A DNA stretch of 64,000 nucleotides from Oopsacas minuta (lineage: Eukaryota; Animalia; Porifera): the NCBI GenBank assembly GCA_024704765.1, contig JAKMXF010000310.1, positions 993,999 to 1,057,998 of the forward strand. Reading direction: 5' to 3'. The position numbers were made by a program, and so were the translations under genes. Below, in pieces: positions 1-13,400 of the stretch. The notes under the pieces are model-generated. The model had not been told where the DNA came from. It did no database searches and saw nothing but the letters and a program-made list of their open reading frames with translations. Positions within the stretch are counted from its first letter, which is position 1; each line of letters begins with the position of its first letter.

Positions 1-39
1 CCTTTTTCACAGGTTACTTCTTGCTATCTGTACTAGCAA

Positions 40-1098
40 AAATGTCCATGAAAATCAATCATCAACCATTTGGTTATTAGCCTCTTTAAAGTACCACTAT
101 GGACACATTTGGAAAACATTAAATTTGAAGTGACATCTTCAGTTTAAACCGATCGTTTGAGTGGTCATACTAATATGTTTGGGGATATTTTTCAGTAGCA
201 ACACAGGAATGTGGCAACATTGTATTCTCAATTTTGTCCCAGCCTCATCGAAAAGTGCTCCGTTGTTCGACACCGCTAGGCTAACTGAGTCTAGTTTACA
301 CATATCGGCCTTCTAAAGTCTAAATGGCCTTGTAACACGATTTTGCTAATTCGTCCACCGCGGCCCCCTAATGTTCTTGTCATTTTTCAAATATTTCGTA
401 CAAATACATGATGTCATCGTGTGTTCTTGCGAGAAACAATCAATAATCTATAACTGGGAAGTTTGCGGATTTTAACAGAGACAGTTTGTCATAATGCACA
501 GAGTTCCCAATGTATATAATTTCATAATCCTCCACTCGAACGAGAAAATTTCTGTAATTATCCATGACGTATAGTTACTAGACTATCAAAATTAAACAAT
601 ATATTATCAGTAAACACATATAACTTGGACAAATATCGTTATATACATCTTACGATATATATATTATGCATATATAATGGTTGTTATCACAAAACATACG
701 ATGATATGATTGACATAATGTATTTGTAAGAAATATGTGAAAAATTCAAGAAAATTAGGATTCCGCGGTGGACGATCCAGTAAACGCGTGTTAAAAAGCC
801 ATTAGAGGCCCAATATGTGTAAAACTAGACTCAGCTAGCTTAGGGGCGTAGAACAAGGGGTCCCTCGATGGAGTTGGGAGAAAATTTGAGAATGGAATGT
901 AACCACTTTCCGGAGTTGCTAGGAAAATATCCCCAAACATATTAAAGCGAACACTCAAAAGACGTGAATTTTTCGCAGATCACGATTATCGACATCATGA
1001 ATGTGTTATAAGAATTTTATTTCTTCAAAATGTGTCTAAAAGTGGAACTTAAAAGTGGCAAACACAAATTTGTTGATGATGGATTTTCATGGACTGTT
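40..1098. mobile_element. Foldback-type non-autonomous element with ~380-bp imperfect inverted arms
   Basis: About 40-425 is the reverse complement of about 700-1098 (e.g. gtccatgaaaatc..atcaac / gttgatgatggattttcatggac; aatatgtttggggatatttt / aaaatatccccaaacatatt). Confidence 0.7.
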
Positions 1099-1223
1099 AT
1101 AGTATTAGAACACATATCAAGGAATGATCTGTGAAAAAATGGTCGCTATATTATTTACTTCAGAATTAAGCCCAAATTTTGCTAGATTGAATGGACCACA
1201 ACATATCAAGCGAAATTGCTTAC

Positions 1224-1453
1224 CGAAACATTACAGTTGCATTCCCGTCAATTTTTGAATAATTAGGTAGAGGTTTAAACCTCAATCTAGAATCAGGAAA
1301 CATGAAGAGAGGATTACATCTAGAAGCAGCTGTAACAGTCCAAGTAAAATTTATCAAAACTTCCCAAATTCCAGGAACAGTCGCTGATAAACTATGAACA
1401 GCCAATCCTTTTATATCATCAGAAAGAGGGCTTGTGGAGTCAATATCGAAAAC
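1224..1453 (-). CDS. Exon of repeat-protein gene, second repeat type (VFDIDSTSPLSDDIKGLAVHSLSATVPGIWEV...RLRFKPLPNY...VMF)
   Basis: Extends ORF 1220-1405; tttcag acceptor, gtaagc donor; 230 bp, phase 0/2, open. Confidence 0.8.
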
Positions 1454-4400
1454 CTGAAAAAAGTAATATGTATAGGTAAATTATAAATTAGTCAACCCGC
1501 TCAGCAGCATATGTGTAGATTTTGTTTCCTTTGTTTCGTCCTCCTTCTGAAAACTTTAGAAATGGCAACTCTATTTCCTCATATATAAACGGTTATAACT
1601 ATTAGTCTAAAAAATGCATGTAATTAGGGCGCTTCGAGACAACTTAGTGCCTCAGAAAAGGCTAAAATATTGAACAGGTAAATTTCTTAGTGCTTCTGGT
1701 CGCTAGGCAGAGTTGTGTAAATCAAATCATTTTCCATTCAAGATGCATCAAATCCAAAATGATTTGGATTTGATGCATTTTAAATGGAAAATGATTGGAT
1801 TTGGATTTGATTAACTATTATATGATTTGGATTTGAATGAAATAGCAATCAAATCTACAACTCTGTAGCTAGACAGCACAATAAACTCAGCATCTCCTAC
1901 CTCGAGCGTCTGAAATAGCAGAAATTTAAGATTGTATTATCTATAGCCTATCCCAGGAGTTTCCACTTTTCGAACAAAGGGACACATTCCAATTTTATTT
2001 CACATAAAGTTCGATGAATAAATGTGAAGTAATACTTTTTGCAATTATTTAAATGAAAGTTTAATTAATTATAATTATATATATATATATATATTACATT
2101 ATTCTTGAAATTTTATGTTTGGCATTGTTTTTACTTGCACAAGTGGTCAATGTCTGCTGGTACGCTTGATGTAGCGCTAGAAGTATTCCGATAAGCTGTT
2201 CGTCTGTCAATTTAGATCTCGTATTTGTATCAACGTTTTTCATTCTTGAAAAAACAGTTCGCAGCAATATGTACTGCCTAACAGTAACGAAGTGCAAATC
2301 GCGAGATATGGATTCGACGCTGATGTAACATATTTTCGATAAATGTTTGGAGGTCATGTTCAGCGAAAGCCCTCTTCAAATCACTGTCACTTTGAATGTC
2401 AATTAGTTCCAATTGGAACATGGCATTAGCATCATTGACATCAATCCGAAATGGATCTGAAAACAGTGAGTTCATCTGTGTTCCCTGAAATCCGCAAACC
2501 TTTGTCAAATTAATTTTTTAGAATTCCAATGAGAGCAGAATACTTTTCATACTTCACTATCGTTCCATCCCCAGTAGATAAAGTTGTGAAATGTACAAAT
2601 TGCTTGTTAATCAACTGTATATGAATCAGTATAAATATTTGAATGAACGCTTGTACATGATCATACAATTTGTGGATACTTTGCTCCTTTCCTTTAGCTT
2701 CACATTAAGTCTGCAAGATACTTGGTAATATCAACTAGAAATGCCAAGTCATTCTACCATTGATCATCTTCCATAAAGCTTACATCCTTTTCTTTGCTCT
2801 TCATAAAGAAATAAATTCTTCAAGTAGGGAATAGAATCTGACAAGAGTGGCCGCTCTGCTGAGCCAGCGAACATGGCTGAAATAAATGACTCGTCGTGGT
2901 CAGATCCTACTTCTGTAAGAAAGGCCTGATATTTTCTGTGATTGAGTCCCTTAGATCTAATGAAATTGACGGTAGAATCAACTTTTCCCATCACATGTTT
3001 CATCTCCAGGGTTTTTGCACACAGTTGCTGTTGGTGAATCATGCAGTGATGTGTAATGACTTCATGAGATACATATTAATGCATTAGACTAGCGAATCAT
3101 TTATGCTTTCTTATCATAGCACGGGCTCCATCAGTTTTATGCCACAAAGTTTGTCCGGACTTAGATTGAATTTCATCATTACATGTTTTTACTTGGCCGA
3201 AATGTCTTGTCCTGTTTATGTGCCTTTCATCGGACATAGGTCGAGCAATTCTTCAACGACTTCAAAACCTTTGGTCACTCCTCTTATAAATTGTGATTAA
3301 ACTGTATCACACACATCTGTGCTTTCATCGATGGCTAAACTATAAAATCGACAGGGACTGAGTTTCTTCATCAAAGTAATTTGCATATTGGTAACTAGGT
3401 CGTCCACTCTTCTAGCAACGGTCTGAGATGAATGGCTTTCACTACCATCGACTTTTTGTCAGGATATACTACAGATCCAAGATCCCTTGAAAGTCGACCT
3501 TCCCCATCATTTTCCTTTTCTTGACGATAGTCATCGGAGTAGCCATCTTTGTTTTAGTTAGAAAATATATCACGAATATGAAAATTGATATTACAAGGGT
3601 TATTCATTAAGTAATGAGACTAATGTATCGAATTCATACTGTTGTTAATACAGCTCTAAGCCCAGTGGCGGCCCTAGCATGGGGCTAGATGGGGCTAGAG
3701 CCCCATCTAGATTTTTGTCAGCCCTCAATTAGCCACTGGTGCTCTAATCTACCTTTGTAATGGAGATTTTGATGAGGGACTAGGATGGCCTTTTTGTGGT
3801 AAATTCACGATGGAATTGTCAACAAGACCGATCCGAACAAGTCAATTACTTACAAGTTTGGTACAGAAAATGGAAAGATTGATGCATTCCTGAGACCTAG
3901 CAACGGTGATAACGGAGGATTTGGCAACACAGACCTCGCTAGTTACGAAGATGTATCACTGAAATCTACTGCAACTTCGTTACGTATGTGTGGCGATAAG
4001 TCAGTAGCAAGTATTACAGCTGGGAATTTAGCTTCTAAAGTTTGTCTGAAGGTTTCCTCAGATTTAATCGGGTTTGCTTCGAATATGTAATAGTAATAAT
4101 CTATCCTACACCCGAATATAATTCTACAATCAATATCAATGTATTGAATAGATTAAATTCTGGAAATCAGCTGTTTCTCCCTGACTGTATCTATTTTAGG
4201 CATATCATATGTTAATATATTTTCTAAACAGCGTCTCTCTATTATCGAACGATATTATAATATTTGAACGTATTTCCTGATATCTATTGTATTGCAGATC
4301 CTCCCATAACTCTTCTATTGCGTCATCAAGTACATCAAATAACCCAATATTTCGCGTATACCTTTTCGTGATAAACTGATGTTGCTCGATAACGTCAGGA

Positions 4401-7400
4401 TATTTTATCGGTTTCTCTAATCGCCATTCATAATCGATGTTTGGCGCTACAAATGGTTGTGTTATGGTTTTTGCGAATAGAACAGCATTTTTTAAATTTC
4501 TTCTGAAAATTATACCTCTACTAATATCAGTATCATCTATCATGACTTCATAGTTCACAGTAAAACCTCCAAACACCCCGTGATCTGTGTGACTATAACT
4601 CCAGGGGTAGCCGATTGAAATGAGAATATTCTGGGTGTTATAGCTAAATGGTTTACCTCGGGATCTCTCCATCCTCTCGATGCGATCTGGTTTAACCCAT
4701 AGAATTCGGAATTGAGGGAATGAGAATTGTTTTCTTGTTGTCAACATTATACATATATTGCTGCTGAATATATATATATGGGGAAACCATATGGTCTAAT
4801 TAAGTAAACCAATTGTACTGGTTAGATCTCATAAATATTTCTAGAAAATCATTAATTCAAAATTAACAATATTTCACGAGTTTATTGACTAAAAATATGT
4901 AACCCAAAATTAGTATTGTAAGAACTACAAATAATCTTGTTACTGTTGGTTACTACTATTCCGGTAGGGACAATTCTCTTGTCATCATCTTGTGTATCTC
5001 CCAGTATGTGAAGTAGATCTCCATCTAGAGAGAATACTTTGATATTTCTATCTACATCGTCTCCGATCAGAATATTCTGTTTCTTATCGAAACAGAATGT
5101 GAATGGTCCTTTAACTTGTGCATTACCCTGCTTACTACATGTGATAAAAGAGCGTAGCTTCTCACCAGCTGGAGAGAACACGTGTAGACACGGGTTGTCA
5201 GTAATACTCAGGACATACAATGAACCATCAAGTAGTTTAACATCTCGTGGATTTGTCATGGTGTGATGTGTGATGTAATGTTGGTGTTTTAGCTTAGGAT
5301 TCATCACTGCTATCCTGTGGTTAGCATAATCTGCTACGAACACAGATCCGTCAGTAGATACAGCGAGGCCACATGGATGATTAAACTCTCCTACATCATT
5401 TCCCTTCTTACCTACTTTAGTTACCAAATAGAAGTCTGGTAACTTAAAATGATATATGGAATCGGACACGATATCACTGACGTATACATCCTCTCCACTC
5501 ATAGCTATGCCTCGTGGATACATAAACCTTTGACTATACACTGTTTTAATGTATTCTCCTGTAACAGCGAATACACTTATACTACATGGAATACTACCAT
5601 GTAATAGGTAGATGAGTTGTGTATTCTCATCGAATACTACTCCACCTGCTTCTGTAATTTCTCCATCTGTTCCTTTCTTCCCGACAGATATGCTAGGTTG
5701 ATGGAGAGCTGAGTAGTTTGGTGTCTGGATGATATCCCTCTCTATCAGCTGACCTAATACAGAGATACTCTTCTCTATCTGTTGTGCATCGTACTGAAAC
5801 AGCACCTCTGTCTCCCTCACTGTAGCCTGCAGCTCTCTCATCTTATCGTCCATCTCCTCAATCATCCTTTCTCTCATGGAGTGGAGCAAGTTCTCTTTCA
5901 TCTGGGATTGTAGATTTGCTTTCGATTCTTGGAGCTGACGAATAGTTTGTTCACGTCCACTTGTCGTAGCCTTTCTCTCTCCCCGTTTCTCTCGGAACTC
6001 TCTAATTAGCTCAATCCGTCTTCTGTTGAGACTGAGTACCAGCTGATCAAACAGCTGATTGATACGTACCTCTGTCTGGTTCATGATTATGGGAGCTTTA
6101 ATTTCTGGAAAACGTTCAGCCATTGTTGAGTAAATTTCTTGATATTCGTTTGTACTTAATTATACAGATAGAATATCATTACTTATAGAACAGGACAGCT
6201 TATAGCTAGTACAGTCTCTTGTGTATAGCATTTGTGTCTATTAAGCAGTTTCTAAGAAATATTATCTGTCTTTTGTAACAAAGTTCTCCCGCGAGATTCA
6301 AACTCATGTTTGTTGGTTGTTAGGTTCATTCATAGAATTTAATATTATTTGTAATAGCTTACGAATTTGTGAACAATTTTAATTATTATTCCTTCCTCAT
6401 TTACCTCGTGTCTACCTTGAGGTGTCTTTACATTAATTAATTCGTTACGACAAATTCATTATGAGATATTTCACTTGTGAAAGAATAAGAGTTTTCTTAC
6501 GATATCGGTTATATTTTGAATAGTTTTCTGCTAGCGTTGCGAGCAAAAAGGTTGCAAATCTTCTCTCGCATAGTACGATTTACTTAAAAATTAATTATAT
6601 AACAATAGCTTATACTTTAATGTCTGAGGCAATTGATAAAGTTGTGAATTTCTGCATTCGCAATCAGAAACTTGGCTGTCTCGGTGGTTACAATCCTAGT
6701 CTCCTAACTCAAGAGCTCTCCCTTATACAATCAGAAATGTTATCCTGTACTGAATGTGAAAGCATATTACGAGATCCACAACACGTTGACAACGGTTATA
6801 GGTGTAAGGAATGCATGATGGATGGTGAGAAAGGTAAACTTGACGAGACGAAAAGTAGACTAATCGGGAAATTATCAGCAAAATGTCCGTTTGAAGAAGA
6901 TGGCTGTGAATGGGAAGGAACCGTAGCAACGTTTTTCAACATTCAGAGAACTGTAAAATTATCAGAATACCTTGTCCATATTATTCTTATGGCTCTAATA
7001 TTATTAAAAACGTAAAGAAATGGAAAAACAAGTGAAACTGTTTTTATTAATTCATCATAAAATGATGAAGACACGAATTGATAAGATTGAGAGAGAGGTT
7101 AGAATAACAGGAGGGATAGAATGGGAGATCAGAGGGATCGCTGAGCTTGTGTATAGAGGGGGGAATCCAGTGGAGCTCTTGTTTTCATGTCGGTTTATGT
7201 AAATTTCAGATTTCATTTCAGTATGAATACGAAAATGATCCGAATTACGTGGGTGCTCTCATCTACCTTTGTAATGGAGATTTTGGCGAGGGACCCCCTG
7301 AATCGTTCAAGTTCTTAGAAAGTTCGGCGGAAATGCTGCGCACCATGGAATATTGTTGTTAGAAGCAATAAAAAACATTGGAAAACTATCATAACCAGTG

Positions 7401-10400
7401 ATATCATTTTGGTTTAGGAGGAGTTTTCCGTCTTACATAATTTTCGTGGGCAAGATATCGGGATACGAAATTAAATGATAGTAATAGTATCTAAGTTTAT
7501 TGAAATTATCTGAACCTTCTTTCAAATCTGTAATTAAATAGTTCAACGAAATTTGTCAGTTAATAAGGGCATGATAACCTTAATTAGTCAGATCCATGTA
7601 AGTTGCTAATGCTATGACTATCGATATTCTAAATGGTTGAATCATAGACTTAGATTATCTAACAAGTACATTGAATTAATTATTAGAATAAAAAGAGGTA
7701 ACCTGGCTTAGAGGAAGAAAATCGTAAACAGAGAATCCATGTTAATTTCTTCTGGAAGATAGTCGTTTAGGCTGAGAAAAAATTTCCTTCACCAATAATC
7801 CTAGGTTGGTCGTTAACAGGGATGATATTTACACTGGTAACAATAGAGTTTGATTGTATACCTCTGTTCGTTGGGAATTCAGTGAAGAATAAGGTAATTT
7901 CTCGAAGAATGCTAGAAAAAGTTAGTAAATAAATAACCAAGACAATAGGTTTAGGAATTGTAATGTAAGAGTTCTATCACTGGGTATATTGGAGTAGATG
8001 AAATATGATTATTTCCAAATGAAAATTCATTGTACACTACTGTAATATCTAATAACAAGTTAAAATCTATACAAGAAATTACTAAATTATATGTCTTTTA
8101 AGGTGAAAATTATGTCAATTTTCAGAGGAATGGCGGAACTTTCGTCCCCGAAATGGCTCCCTCAAGAAATGAATTAAATAAATATAATTTAATGAATAAT
8201 TGAGCATACAAATTATAGAGTAGACAGTAAAACTTAAAGGTTAACATAATGAACAAAAACAAATAATTAAAGCTAAAGTTGTAGGCAGCATAGGCGCCAG
8301 AACTCAATTTGTTCAGGGTGGGTTAAACACATGTAAACCCCAAATATTTATTTAGCGAATTTTGGATACAATTTATTGTGTTTACTAACAAATATAATCT
8401 ATAATATAAATGATACTAACAAGTCTTAATATGCAAGTTTTTTATGTTTCTGGAATTGCGAAAGTTAATTCCATCTGCTAAATTAAATTTCTAATAGAAT
8501 TTCGAACCTGAGACAAAACTTATTACAACTAACAATAATTTTCTACAAGTATAAATATAAATGCTCAAAGAAACCAATGTAAGTGCTCTAGTTATATTCG
8601 ATAACACTTGCCACATGACCTCAATAGATAATACTAATTAAAAATTATAACACTTACATTTAGAAAACACATGTCTGGGGATAAATGCAAGTAGGGTAAT
8701 TGACAAGTGACAACCAATAATTATCTCGGCAATGACCAAATCAGAGAGGGTGGGTAAACAAATTTCGAAGGGACGAAAGTTCCACTACCCGAAAGAGATA
8801 TGCTCAAAATACCCCAAATGTATAAATTGGAAACTATAGTACCCCCCCCTCATAAAAAGTGCAGAAATTTGAAGTAAAAACATTTTCAACATAAGATTCC
8901 TATGGGATTTCGATAGGAATTCCGATAAGATTCTCATAAGATTCCCATAGGATATCCCATAGGATATCCCATGGGAAAACTATTCCTACAACGACCCTGT
9001 TAATCACACAATTATTTTCTTGTTCTTTGTTACATTTTCGGACAAACACATCATACGTATATTGTGGTTTAATATCAGAATTCATCCAATTATTTATGTT
9101 ATTCATGGGAATTCCTAAGGGAATCCTGTAGGAACATACGGATTATTTCTATATCACTCAGTGATAATGTCAAAGAAAATTTCTTAATCAAAGTATTATT
9201 ATATTAACTTCAGGTAAATTAATGTGAATCAGGTTCTGAGTATTTCGTTTTTGCTTTCTTATTGATGGCAACTTTGCTTCGAATTGGTTTATTATGCCTC
9301 CTAATTGTGATTATGTGTTGTCTTTGGTATTTTACTGTGTGAATGAACTTGTATTTCGCATTTATTCGTTGTTGTTGTTGTTGTTGTTGTTGTGTATTTC
9401 AATGGTTTAGTAACTCTAGTTGGTAAGATCATAAACTGATAACCTGAATGCATAATATACCTTGATTTATATAATCCTTTGTGATATTATCACTGAGTGC
9501 TAAAATCATTCAGTGAATATAATACTTATGAAAAATACCTACGGAAAATATATGGAAATCATATGGAATGAAATGGGATTCAATATTTCATTCCCAGACA
9601 ATTGAGGACAACCATGTAAAATCGTGTTGAAAGATAAGCGAAGATAAAATTTGGGAGTCAGAAAGTTCAACCCTCTGACAGGATTTCGACTGTATGAATT
9701 TTGGTTAATTTAAAATATCCTAGAATTACGGTAAACTCCCGTTATAACGACGCATCTTTACCCCATAGCTCGAAATTAATTGATTTTACTCCGGTTAATA
9801 ACGAAATTAACCCACAATCCCGAGCACTTCGTCAATGGTTCTAACGAGAAATTAGATTATGCGTTGCATAAGAGAGTGTATTCATCGAAACAGCCTTCTA
9901 CGTATAAGTAAAACTTACTATGGTGCTTGATCTTTACTTCTAAAGGATACACCACCAACAAAATTTAGAAATGCTTCATGAGGTAGCTGATCAGAAATGG
10001 CAGACGCATTTAACTGGCGTGTTCCGTTACCATTGACAATAAAGTCAGGATTAATAGGACTAAATAAAGCATCTTCAATATCAGTTGGTTGGTTAGTGAT
10101 ATTGATGGTAGCCTGAACCAAAAATGAATTATCTTGATCACTAATTGAAATATTGTTGTCAAATAAAAGTAAAGATTGAACACTGTCCTCAAAATAATTT
10201 ACTCTATAGTTTTGAATAGAATCTATAATAGGAGGATCGGCTAAGTTAACCACTTCAAGAAAAATAGAACAAGAATTGGAAGATTGAGAAGGTAGTGTAA
10301 TTAGAATTACACGTATATCTTGATTTAAGGGCTCATCAGCTATGTTTTGATATAACATGGTTGAAATTATCTAAAAGAAAGAGTAAATTGAAACTATTAG

Positions 10401-13400
10401 ATTAGCCAATTCACTTCGAAATCAAGTGCAGAATTTCTTGATGGCTGATGGCATTATAATGAACCTAATTTGAATATTTTCTATACGAGCCTGCATTGAG
10501 TCTCAAGGATGATCAGAACATTAAGCGAGCTCCAGATCTAATTTACAAAATGGTGCGAGCATCACCTACCCGATCTACCAGCTCCACTGAGCCACAAAGT
10601 GGTTAGCGGAGGGATCGGGAAAAATTTGGATGGTCGAGTGCTTTCCAAGCCATCAATGCTCCTAAAATTGGATATTTCACTATTTTATAGACATGAGCGC
10701 TCTTCGCTTGCTAGCGCTCCGCGACCTGCAAATACATCATGTTCTCATTGGACTCGGTCTTGCATCGAACTAAGCAAAGTACGAAATAGCAAAATGTATT
10801 ATTAAATATATTTACATATTCAATGGTTAAGTGGTTAATGCGTACTGACGTAACATAAATCTTGTCTATTGTGTCGATAGTTATTGTTTCACATCAACTC
10901 TGTTATGCTAAGTTTCTTTGAATTATATCTGTACTAGTGCAATGAGTGCATCCTATATTGTACATAAGCTCCTCCCACGATTTGAGGCATTAAAATGTAC
11001 AGAGCATGCTCCATCTGTACTTAGAGCTACAAGCGCATCAAAATACCCAAAACAACATCCAAGCAGGATGCCACTACAGGGGAAATACCAGAGATGAAAC
11101 CGGTCAGCTTTATCATGACCGGACCCGACCGGTCGACTGGTAACTTTGACTATACACTGCCTGGCCAAAAGTTATGGAACACCCTGCCACTTGTGACACA
11201 AGTGGCACACGGCGAGAATATGTTGAATATTCTGTGGATATAGCAGAAAGTAGAAAATCTCTTTTGCTCAAGGTTGATGAATTAATATTAATTCAAAAAT
11301 GTATGAAATAATTTTCAATAATTTGTCTATAACTAATGTGGCATTTATATTAGTGCCATGTGCAAATTGTGGCCCTGGCGTTCGAATACTTTTGGCTAGG
11401 CAGTATATAATGGATGATTATACACATAAATCCTATTTAATACAGAAATGTAGAAAAGATAGAAATATTGAAATGTAGACTAATAAAGAAATTTTGAATA
11501 TATAGAATATGTACGGAATTTTACGGCCAGAGTCTGTTTAACGCTGCCTCCTTTAGCACAACTAGACTTTCAAAGGTAGATCCGGCCAAAGTACTCCTCC
11601 TAGAGTCCAGGGTAGTACCACCAATACTGAAATGGCGTTCGCTTATTTTGGTCAATATGATTACAGTATCAAATTCAGATTTACCATATTCAGAAATTAT
11701 GACCGGCCGGTCGAGGTCTTCGACCGGTACCCGACCCGACCCGACCCGACCGGTCGACCGGTTCCATCTCTGGGAAATACGCAGTCCAGCAAACCAAGCA
11801 GTGTCTCAAAAAGACCAGAATCCACAAACTCTAAGTGCAGATGGAGCATGCTCCGTGTACTTTCAATAAATGACGATTTTACTCCTAGTATTCCATAGTC
11901 AGGGATTATTATGTCATCAAATATCTGGTCAATCTGGGAACATATTCCATACCAAGCAATTTCTTTATCAATGTAGTTATAAAGGTGTAGTTGTAATAAT
12001 CCAGTCACCAGAGGGTAAAATTGAGTTGTTGTATAAGGAGGGTTTATAATGGTTTCTTGATCTCTCTAGCATGTTCTAAGCAATAACTCATCGAATTCCA
12101 CGCTGGCAACCCTGAGCAATTTATTGACAAAAACCTTAGGGCATGTCGGCCGTTTTTTAGCGAACTTTTGCGTATAATTTTCGTTTCAGACAATATCAGA
12201 AACTGAGATTAGTCCATTAATGGGATAGTTGACTTTATTATTGGATAAGGAGCCCAATCGAAAGAAAAAATGATATTTTTCCATTGGGGTACAGGTGAAA
12301 ATTTTAATAGCGGCTTTACCCTTTTTGGTAAATATATATTTAATGACCATTTGAGGAATGATATTTATTAGGACTATAAATGTTAAGTGGAGTCGAAAGA
12401 GGGGTCACTCGATGTAGTTAGGGCACATATTGTGGAATGTTGCCAAATACCTGAGTGTTGCTATGGAAAAACCTTCACTAATATATTCATGTGACCACCC
12501 GAACGAACAGAATTTACATTGATTACGAAAATCCATTAAATTGCTTAGAAATAAATAATTGAATTTGATCAAATTTCAACAGCTCCAAAATACTTAAAAT
12601 GCGTTAAATAATAGATTTTTTTGTAATTCTAATAAATATAATATCGATTCGTCAGAGTTGCCATATGAACATATTCAGTTTTTTTCTATAGCCAAGCTCA
12701 GGTATTCTGGCAATATTCCATTCTCAAATTGTGCTCTAAGCACTGCGAGTGACTCCTCTTTCGACTCCACTTGACCTAGTCCTAATACTTCTTAACATTA
12801 CTCAATATAGCCATTAAATATGTATTTGGTCAAAAGGGTATAGTCCGAGCTATTATAATATCCCCTGTACCACGACAGAAAAAAGATTTTGAAAATTATA
12901 AGAAATTCACGAAAAAACGGCCGACAAAAATTCAGGTTTATGTAAATAAAAAAGTTTGCTCAAGGTTACCAGTATGGCTCCCGGTGTATTCTGGCTCAGA
13001 AGAACATGCCAGAGATCAAGAAACCATCATAAAACATTCCTTCTACGAAAACTCAATTTTCACCTTCTGGCGAAAAGACTATACACTGTAGTAGTTAGTG
13101 GAAATAATGCCAAATGCGTGCCCTTACCCGTACGAATAGTTGAAAAGGTTCTGGCCCAGGAAGTATATAAGAGTGAGTGAATTGATTTTCTTTTGACGCA
13201 TTCACAGTTTTAGCGACTGAGATATTAGTACCAGTAGTATTGAAGCTTAAAAACTCAAGTTCTTCATCATAAGCCATTGTTAAGTCAATCATAACAAAAT
13301 CGATTGAGCCACCATCGATGTCTTGAATACCAAAATTAGGAACAAGTAATAAAGGAGATGCAATGCTGTTAGGAACTTCGAAAAAAGTAGTTTCAATTTG

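Noticed and set aside
7437-7657. Possible extra exon of the giant gene (AG...LLLSFNFVSRYLAHENY|gtaag)
   Set aside because: Stops in all three frames, and exon 7703 already splices in phase to exon 1453. At most a decayed exon remnant.
8890-9130. Short tandem ATTCCCATAGG-like repeats (also at about 61850-61930) as a possible CRISPR array
   Set aside because: Degenerate 11-12-bp units without unique spacers; eukaryotic context, no cas genes.
11632-12008. Three overlapping ORFs with PTRPDP/GSGRVG repeats
   Set aside because: Translations of the CCGAC-type subterminal repeats of a non-autonomous element.
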